From: Eledone cirrhosa
Taxonomy: Eukaryota
NCBI GenBank assembly: GCA_964016885.1
Contig: OZ024749.1
Span: forward strand, 43,586,001-43,650,000
Length of the DNA stretch: 64,000 bases
Direction: 5' to 3'
Notes under the pieces: model-generated
Told to the model about the DNA's origin: nothing
The model's input: the letters and a program-made list of their open reading frames with translations, nothing else
Database searches by the model: none
Position numbers and translations under genes: made by a program
In this document: positions 53,461 to 64,000 of the stretch, piece by piece
How the letters are laid out: the number at the start of each line of letters is the position of its first letter
How positions within the stretch are numbered: position 1 is the first letter of the stretch

Positions 53461-53717
53461 AATCTTTGATTTGCCGAATTTGGAGGGTGGGTTCGCCTTG
53501 GTTTGACACGCGTCACTGGTAGGATATAGGTTAGAGTTCGGTTTAAGGTGTTTGCTGAGGGTTAGAAGTAAAACGTGCAAAAGTCGACCACAATAAAACA
53601 TACTTACACGATACGGTGCAATAGGATCGAACTTGAAATACAATGATTACGATCTGAATTTCTTAAACATTCCTGTGCCCTATTTCATTCTCTCTATCAC
53701 ACACACACAAACACACA

Positions 53718-53764
<47 letters not shown>

Positions 53765-53845
53765 GCTACAGCAATGATGCCAGGATGCAAACAGCTAACA
53801 TCCAGCCTCATCCCAACAATCTTTTCCATTCAGTATCTGCTGTGC

Positions 53846-53883
<38 letters not shown>

Positions 53884-54384
53884 TCTCTCTCTCTCTCTCC
53901 CTCTCTCTCGTTCTCTCTCTCTCTCTCCCTCTCTCTCTCTCTCGCTCTCTCTCTCTCTCTCCCTCTCTCTCTCTTACTCTCACTCTCTCTCTCCCTCTCT
54001 CTCTCTTACTCTCACTCTCTCTCGTGCTACACACTACAAATAATATTATACAGGTCAGATAATTATACAGCTGTCTATCAAGGAAAGACAATGGCGTGCA
54101 TTAGGGCGCACGTGTGGAGTGTCTTTATCGAACTGACACAACCTTTTTGGGGAGATTTACAACCCAGCATTCAAAGCCTGTCGATAAATTATTCATATAT
54201 ATTTTGCTTGCTTATAAAAAGTATAAATAAATACTTCCTTTTCTTTTCCTCTCTCATTTAGAAGATGTTGAGTCACCGCATCATCACGTGACCTTATACA
54301 AGACACAGGCAAGCACCGCTACATTGTTCGTGCTATCCATTTAAACTTCGTGCTATCTGATCCCTTGAATTATTTCTCTTAGCT

Positions 54385-54453
<69 letters not shown>

Positions 54454-54631
54454 CAAGACCATATATATATATGGGCTTAACGTTTCGAACGCTAGTTCTT
54501 CATTGAATTACAGAAGGACAGGAGTGAGAATATGTTTCGGAGACAGAAGAAAAAGGAAGATAGACCAAGATCAAAACAAAACGAGGTAAGACTAGAAAAG
54601 AAAGAAGCATGTATATATTCATACACTCACA

Positions 54632-54687
<56 letters not shown>

Positions 54688-54788
54688 TGTGAGTGTAAGC
54701 GTGAAACTAATATTAACATGTTGTACTGCCTCATCGCTTCCACGATGTTTTTTTCTGTGTTTTTTTTGTGTTTTTGTTTACTGTCTCA

Positions 54789-54844
<56 letters not shown>

Positions 54845-54846
<2 letters not shown>

Positions 54847-55038
54847 CGAAGGAAATGTGGTAAGGAACCAGGTGGACCATAACGCACCAAAGTACTCAAT
54901 ACTTAGGGTAGTAGAGTGGGTAATAGGAACGAGTAGGACCCCGACGGCTGAGCACAAGCCGTTTCTACGGCTAATTTCGTCCAGAATTAGCCGTCGAAAC
55001 GGCTTGAGCTCAGCCGTCGGAGTCCTACTCGTTCCTAT
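54845..55038. repeat. GGAACGAGTAGGACCCC family element with 116-bp palindrome (54923-55038) built from HHR 3' halves
   Basis: Right arm reads AATTAGCCGTC-GAAA-CGGCT-TGAGCTC-AGCC-GTC-GGAGTCC; the left arm is its reverse complement; TA-flanked. Confidence 0.85.
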
Positions 55039-55697
55039 ATATATATAATCATATATACCTACTTATATTCTTATATATATCTAAATGAATTTTTAGAATA
55101 GTAAATATTATATCTTAAATAATCGTAAATTATCATATATTTCGATTTTATTTATATTTATAGTTATAAACGAGTTAAATGAAATCGTTTCTATGAAAGT
55201 ACAAAATATATTTCTATATACTAAGCGATAACCAAACGAAGCTCATAATTCTTAAATTGAAAAATAAATACCTTAATATGAACTATTCGGGGCGTTGTTA
55301 ACCTAAATTTCAGTTTTATTTCAACGATAAAATATTTTTTACGGCAATTTCTTAAATAAATAGAATAAATAATACATTTATCTTAAATTTTTATGAATGG
55401 ACAATTATTTTTTTTCGAGGCACCTGTGATTCATGAAAATGCAGCAATGTAAAAATTATTCGCATATCAAAACTAAAATATAATTATAGATACATATATA
55501 CATATATACATACATGTTTATACATATATACATACATGCACATACATATATATATATACATATACATATATACATATACATATACATATATACACACACA
55601 TATATATATACACATACACACATACACGCACACATACATACATATACACACACATATATATACACACACACACATACACACACACAAACACACACAA

Positions 55698-55748
<51 letters not shown>

Positions 55749-55760
55749 TATATGTATATA

Positions 55761-55795
<35 letters not shown>

Positions 55796-55797
55796 GT

Positions 55798-55932
55798 TGT
55801 TATACTTAGGGATAATTATTATAATATTGCCAGAAATAATAACAGAACAGACTCACTGTTTGGTTTGGGTGAGCGTGTTCTTTTATTATTTCTGGCAATA
55901 TTATAACAATGTGACCCTCCCTAAGTATAATA
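55798..55932. repeat. TA-embedded palindromic / MITE-like element
   Basis: TTATACTTAGGGA..TTATAATATTGCCAGAAATAATAA pairs with TTATTATTTCTGGCAATATTATAA..TCCCTAAGTATAA. Confidence 0.75.
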
Positions 55933-55971
55933 ATATTTGTTTCGACACACGATTTCATAACAAAAAGCTTG

Positions 55972-56027
<56 letters not shown>

Positions 56028-56196
56028 TATATTCTTTATTGTGGTTATATATTTTTTATGTTTAATATGAGGAGAAATATTTTACTGACGAATATGTTAT
56101 AAAATACAGATTATGTAATTCTATTATATTTCGGTTTGTTAACCTTTTTGATACAAAACTGCTTGAAGACATTTGTATTTATGATACATCAATATA

Positions 56197-56479
56197 CGAG
56201 GGTAGGCAAAAAGGTTCTTTGGCTCAACATGAAGGAGTGATGCTAGAACAGTTAAATCTTGCATGGATTAATTTCAACTCTTCTTAATAATTGTTTCTAC
56301 TTTAGGCACAAGGCCAGCAATTACCCAGTGCATTACTAGTACTTTATTTTATCGACCCCGTCAGGATGAAAGGCAAATAACAGTATTGTTTCTTTTCAAA
56401 GACTGTTAAAAACTAAACCGCATTTGGTCATTCCATGAGAGTATCTTGGTCAGTCTATGAACTTTCCAGTCGACCCTGG
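56197..56479. mobile_element. Decayed mariner-type MITE with nested SINE A fragment (56289-56375, -)
   Basis: TA-CGAGGGTAGGCAAAAAGGTTC ... GAACTTTCCAGTCGACCCTGG-TA. Confidence 0.6.
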
Positions 56480-57491
56480 TATTAAATCAATTTCTACTTT
56501 TGGTAGCAAAGAGGTTGAAACTCAGTTCCCAGAACGAGAAAACAACACAACTAAATTCTAAACTCAAATTGGGTTATCTACTATCTGAACTACCTTTGCA
56601 GCTCTTTCAGTACTATTGATATATTTGTTTTCTATATTTAACACGTAATTCTCGGTGGAGTTGTAGGGGTGGCGTAGTGACATGTATCGTTTCTTGAGCC
56701 CTTTTAAAACCTAGCGGGGCCCATCTGCTGTCTAGATATAAACACAACCGATTTCTTCTAGAGAAAGATGAGTGATAGAGAAGAAGTGAGAAAGAAATAT
56801 AAAGGACGAATAAAGAACAATACTTGATTGATACTTTTTTATCGACTTCGAAAGCTTGAAAGGTACAGTTGATCTCGGCGGGATGTGAACTCAGAGAGCA
56901 GAGAGTAGAGAACCAAAACGAATACGACACGGCATTTACATTCTAACGGATCCACTAATTAGGCCGCCTATATTAATATATTAAAATATCTAAAAATATT
57001 TGAATAAATGAAATATATTTCGCTTCTCATAGGGGTCTTCCACATTTCCACACGCGAGATAACTCGTGTGTACAAAAATTGCTCGAGAGTGAAAGAAAGA
57101 ACGTAGAATAATATATCTGATGTTTAAAAAAAAAAAACGGTACAAAGGTTAGTTCAAAAACTATGAATGAGAAATACCAATCAGATATATATTTCCCAAG
57201 CTATGAAAGTAAAAAGTGAAGAGAGAAAAAAAAACGATGCGAAAAATATATTTACGAACCTTAACGAAAGCTGTTTGCTTGTTAAAACCAATATTACTTG
57301 CAGCTAGTGATAAATGCCTCTGCAATGATATGAATAATAAATACATTGTTAGGAACATTATTTTCTTTTTATTTATTCACATTGAATATTGCTCAATCAC
57401 CTTTACCTTCTCTTTCTATTCCCCCTATTGAAAATAAAACAAATATCTGAAATAATACTCGCGATATAAATGGTCTCCATTTTGACTAATC

Positions 57492-57629
<138 letters not shown>

Positions 57630-57795
57630 TACTAGAACGGTCTACAGAAATAATTATCTCGAAAGTATTAAACGTGGCTGCACGTAACATGAAGTTCCTC
57701 TTTGTTTTATCTTTCCATTTTCTTTCTCATTTGTCTCAAATTGTTTGTCTGTATATATATGTATATACATATATATACACACACATATATATAAT

Positions 57796-57848
<53 letters not shown>

Positions 57849-57864
57849 AAAATGTATGTATGTA

Positions 57865-57911
<47 letters not shown>

Positions 57912-58240
57912 GTGATGAATCTAATTCTCATAATTTCTCTCAGCTTTGAAAGTAATTTCATGCTTCAAAGATGTCCGTCATTATCCAGCTAGACACAGGG
58001 AGATAGCTGGTCGGTTTTAATTATTCCGTGTAGTTAGTTACGTTCTCTTATTAACTAGCTACTTTGCTTTTATTCCGTTAGAATTAAGACCACTTATATC
58101 GTTGTGTTGTTTCAGTACATTCACAGTTAATAAACACACATACACACTCATCAGAGAGTGAGAGGGGGGAAAGAGAGAGGGAAGGAGAGAGAGAAAGAGA
58201 CAGAGTGAGGGGAAGAGAGAGGGAGAGAGGCGGAGAGAGG

Positions 58241-58286
<46 letters not shown>

Positions 58287-58427
58287 TAACTTTAATAAGA
58301 TATAACAGATACACAGAAATACAGACAGAATGAAATATCTACATTTGCATACATAACTCCCATTCCATACATACATAAATACACACACACACACAAATAT
58401 ATACATATATATGTGTGTGTATATATG

Positions 58428-58547
<120 letters not shown>

Positions 58548-58751
58548 TAGTATATATATATGCACATATACATTTATATACACATGCACATATATCAAAC
58601 TAATATACCCTCTTCCATATCTGTGCACAATACATTACTTAATGCACATGCATTAAGTACATACATATATATATATACATATATTTATATATACATATAT
58701 GTCTGCGTCTGTGTGTTACATGTATATATAATTATGTGTGAGTATATATAT

Positions 58752-58786
<35 letters not shown>

Positions 58787-58985
58787 CAAAAGACAAACCG
58801 AGCATTATAATAAATGTTCGGTAAACCGATACGTGCATGTATATATGTGTGCATGTATGTATATATATACATACTACTGTACGTCTGTATACATATATGT
58901 ATGTACGTATATATACATACTTACATTTAAGTAAGTGCCGTGTTAAGAGTGAGAAATGAAATTTCGTTTCATTCTATTCCATTTA
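58787..58985 (+). repeat. Dispersed repeat homologous to 30628-30835; decayed HHR-like motif
   Basis: GACAA-ACCGAGCATT..AATGTTCGGT-AAACCGATA. Confidence 0.7.
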
Positions 58986-59058
58986 TATATATATATATGT
59001 GTGTGTGTGTGTATCTGTATATATGTATATATGTATATTTAAGTTAACGAGGTATCTT

Positions 59059-59118
<60 letters not shown>

Positions 59119-59575
59119 ACTTATCTAAATATACATGTATATTATTAATAACTAAATATATGGCGCCTAAATGCATTTCTCTACGTGTGTTGCGTGATTA
59201 TGTGAGTTGTCATGCATTATATATCTATGCATATTCAATAACAAAATATATTTCCATTCTTTTCAGATATATCTCGTTTCAATTAACTGCTTTCCACGTT
59301 TGCTATTACATTTCTTTTGTTCCTTTGTTTCTTTTGCCATAATCAGATCATTCCACTACTGCTTACATTGGGATCAGCATTGCATTTGTTTAAATAATTT
59401 TCATAGATCATAAACTGTGCATACAGATGCAATGAGCGAAGCCATATTTGATCTGGGATTAGTTGATGTTATTCTTCTTTCTACTACTTCTTCATTATAT
59501 ATTTGGATGGTGGACAAATCTGATCTGAATAACTACTGCATAGGCTGAAATAATAATAACATGATGATGATGATT

Positions 59576-59607
<32 letters not shown>

Positions 59608-59693
59608 AATTATGATGATGATGATGATGATGATGGTAATGGTGATGTAGAATTATAGTTCTGCATAGAACGAAAGACACACACATTACACAC

Positions 59694-59760
<67 letters not shown>

Positions 59761-59895
59761 ATATATATACATATATCTCTCTCTATATATATATATGTGT
59801 ATATATATATACATAACATATATATATGTATATATATATACATAACATATACAAATATATACATATATATATACATATATATATATATCTATATA

Positions 59896-59939
<44 letters not shown>

Positions 59940-59962
59940 TTTATGTGTGTATATATATACAC

Positions 59963-60021
<59 letters not shown>

Positions 60022-60203
60022 TGTATATAAGAAATAGGGGTGACACCAAGGCTAAACCTTAAAATACACACTCAGATCACAAACGGAAGACTTGGCGGAA
60101 ATTTTATGGTATATTATTCAGAATAATCTCACCAGTGAATGGAATCCATAATACCAATTTCTCTCTCTCTATCTCTATCTCTATCTCCCCACCCCTCTCT
60201 CTC

Positions 60204-60262
<59 letters not shown>

Positions 60263-60263
60263 T

Positions 60264-60302
<39 letters not shown>

Positions 60303-60666
60303 GTATGTATGCGTATAATATATATATATATATATAATATTCTCGGTAACGATTAATAAATAGTTTAGATAGCTTGACTTATCTCTGAACCAATAAACAG
60401 TTAACTAAGTTGTTTTCCTGATTGGAGATATAACAACGCTGAAATATGCATTAAGCCTTACTACTGGCCTTCCTGAATAAACTGAAATCAACAATGGCTT
60501 CTGCATTGATACCATTTTATATTAGTCGCCATTTATAAGCAAACATTTAGTACTGAATGTATATATGTATATATGTATGTATGAATATGGGCATATATAG
60601 ACACACACATATATACATATATATATATATATACATATGTATATATATATACATATATATATATAC

Positions 60667-60697
<31 letters not shown>

Positions 60698-61080
60698 CAT
60701 ATATATATATAGTATACATATACATACACATATATTTACATATGCACATACTTACATATATATATATATATATCGATAGAGAGATGTGCGCGTGGGTATG
60801 TATGTGTGTGTTTGTATGTGTGTGTATGGGTGTGTATGTGTGTGTGTGTGTATGTGTGTGCGTGTATGAGTGTGTATGTGTGTGTGTATTTAGGAACATT
60901 GTCTACAAAAACCAATACCAGGAATACAGACATGTATTTGATCGGATATCTATTACCGATGCATGTGTCTGCGCATGCGTATGTGGATGTACAATCTTTG
61001 CTGGGGGATGTATGTATGTCCACAAGCAAATATTATTAGCAAATATTATCATATATATTATATCTATATATCTATATCTA

Positions 61081-61173
<93 letters not shown>

Positions 61174-61541
61174 AGAATAGAAATGGCTGTGTAGTTGCTA
61201 TTTAAGGTAACTTGAAATGCAGTGGGAATACGAAGAAAGCAAGAACTGGGGGGGGGGGGGCTTTTCGTCATCAGTTGTCTACTGGGGGGCTCGGATATTT
61301 CTACGCTATATATATATACATATATGTACACACATATATACATATATATATGCATATATGTACACACATATATACATATATATATGCATATATGTATACA
61401 TATATATACATACATATATACATATATATATGCATATATGTATACATATATATACATACATACAAATATATACATATATATATATATACATATCATATAC
61501 ACACACATACATGCATACATACATATATACACACACACAAA

Positions 61542-61576
<35 letters not shown>

Positions 61577-61674
61577 TGACACATACATATATACTTATAT
61601 ATACACACACAAATGTCTATATATATATATACACACACACACATGCACAAAGACACACAGATATACAGACACAT

Positions 61675-61748
<74 letters not shown>

Positions 61749-62182
61749 GAGTGGGGTAAGTGACAAATGAAAAAAAAAACAATTGTCAAACATACGGATT
61801 TATTTCACTTCGACTTCTTATACTCAACAATCACGAGATGAAATACTAATCAACAAAGAACCTCTAAATCCATAAGAATTATATTGGAATTTATTGGAAC
61901 AGCTTCATACATTCCCTTAAAAGCTTTATATTTTTACGGGCAAGTTTATATTCGTTTCAATCATTCTTGTAAAAACTAACTAAGACATAAGAGACTGTTG
62001 TTGAACGGTGTATCCAGTCTATAAAACTAACAGGCTTTTCTTTGAAGTCATAAACAACTGTTTATGACTTCTGCTTCAGTTTTAATTACGCAGCCAAAAA
62101 TAAAAGAGAGTTAATCTTATATAAATTTCTGCGATTCTTGTCACAACCCGTAAAGAGAGAGGAGTAGTTTGACTACCTCATA

Positions 62183-62273
<91 letters not shown>

Positions 62274-62896
62274 CTCTCTCTCTTTATGTCTGCTGCCTGC
62301 ATGAATGTATGTGTGTGTAAAAGGGAGGAAGGAAGTGGCTGGTGAAAGTGTGAATGTATGTGTGTATTTGTGTGAACGTATATCTGTGAGTGTGTATTTT
62401 TGTAAACGTGTCTGTGTTTGCACGTTTATATTTATACACTCATACATATAAATGAATACATATGCACATACACACAGGCACACACATATACACATACGCG
62501 TCAGCGCCTGGACAAAAATTCTTTTTTTATATAAACATTAGTCGACAAATCCTCTTAACTATTCATCAGTTAGACTGAAAGTTAATGAAATAATTTATAC
62601 ATGAGAGCGCCTGGCTTACGCCTAGGTAATCAATAAAATTGGTCTCTATTTACTCTAGAGGCGAAATGGTTTGGTGGATAATGTAGTGAGCTACAAATCC
62701 ACTACAAATGTTTTCTCGTCTTACTGTAAAGAATAGCTAAACATTCGCTTGTTTTAATTTCATTAGAATTCTTAGAACGTTGATGAGAATACTTTACGGT
62801 ATTCGTTCCGGCTCACTGCGTGCTGGGTTTAAATCCTACCGACATCAACTTTGCCTTTCAATAAATAAAATACCAGTCCAAAACTGGGGCAAGTTT

Positions 62897-62940
<44 letters not shown>

Positions 62941-63732
62941 TTACTCACGAGAAGAAATCGGCTGTGTTCTGGCCAGGAGAGGAATGGTTTCCGCAAACTT
63001 AAAATACCCAAGACGGTGACCCTACGACTCTATCATAATTTCATGACTCATGGGTGACGTGAATGGCTAGGTGACGAGAATAGGTACAGCATTATCACCG
63101 GTAATGCTACATGTTCGATTGTACACTACGAAACTTCCTCAACTGTAAATCCATCTTAACAAGCTTGATTCACAACTAAGTATGTGTGTGTGTGTGATTC
63201 TGACTGTGTATGCGGTTTATGTGGGCACGTGCCTGTATGTGTGTGTGTGCTTCTGACTGTGTGTGCAGTCTATGGGGGCACGTGCGTGTATCTGTGTGTG
63301 TAGGCGTATATTATGTGTTTATACATGTGCATGTGTCCATGTGAATGTGTGTGAATCTCTACGATTTATATTAACTGAAGATGTATACAGCAGTGAGTAA
63401 ACTGAAAACAATGCATTTGAACAAAAATATATTTTATATAGTCTAGTTACTTGGAGAATCCCGAGTGTCACTTCTCCATCAGCAATGCAATGAACCATGT
63501 GATTGGTCCGTTGGAAACGCAGAAACAATGACACAATTGTTCACTAAATGACATGTTAAATACATTATAAAACAATAGACAATGTCAAATAGACGCTTGT
63601 ATTTTCTCGTTTTTGACAAGCCACGGAGTTTCAGAGTTTTCTGATATAGAGTTCTGGGTGACCACTGCCTTGTCAGTGTGATTTAGTAGACGAACACTTG
63701 GCAGAAGATCATCCAACACGCACACGCACGCG

Positions 63733-63771
<39 letters not shown>

Positions 63772-63806
63772 ACGCGCACGCACGCACACTCACGCGCGCA
63801 CGCACG

Positions 63807-63868
<62 letters not shown>

Positions 63869-63871
<3 letters not shown>

Positions 63872-63927
63872 GAACCAGTAAGACCCCGACAGCTGAGCTC
63901 AAGCCGTTTCGACGGCTAATTCTGGAC
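63869..63927 (-). repeat. Single-arm copy of the GGAACGAGTAGGACCCC family (HHR 3' half)
   Basis: Minus strand GTCCAGAATTAGCCGTCGAAACGGCTTGAGCTCAGCTGTCGGGGTC, between TA runs. Confidence 0.8.
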
Positions 63928-64000
63928 TATATATATATATAGACTTAATATATATATATATATTAAAATAACAGATTAAAGTTTAAGCAAAGAATCGCTT

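Noticed and set aside
63440-63715. Coding-like minus-strand stretches (LDDLLPSVRLL..., FQRTNHMVHC...)
   Set aside because: No consistent splice acceptor/donor pair with an open frame and no recognisable motif.

Overview
AT-rich, microsatellite-saturated eukaryotic non-coding DNA. The SINE types and (TA)n/(CA)n/(GA)n density suggest an octopod cephalopod (inference). No host gene can be supported. Main contents: (1) a full-length, intact Tx1-clade LINE (16235-21946) in a (TATC)n tract with a 12-bp TSD; (2) a 98-copy 66-bp tandem array (43197-49671) that appears to have grown inside a decayed Ty3/Gypsy RNase H region; (3) about 25 tRNA-derived SINE copies, several Tc1/mariner/pogo-type MITEs, and RTE and R4/Dong fragments; (4) a set of type I hammerhead ribozyme (HHR) motifs with palindromic stem III. 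The HHR set includes a retrozyme/Penelope-like unit with two apparently identical HHRs 591 nt apart carrying the U3-A8 core covariation (28726-29606), a minimal U3-A8 HHR (3558-3595), a long-stem-II HHR (33803-33930), and several palindromes built from HHR 3' halves. All folds and alignments were done by eye; none has been computed or searched.
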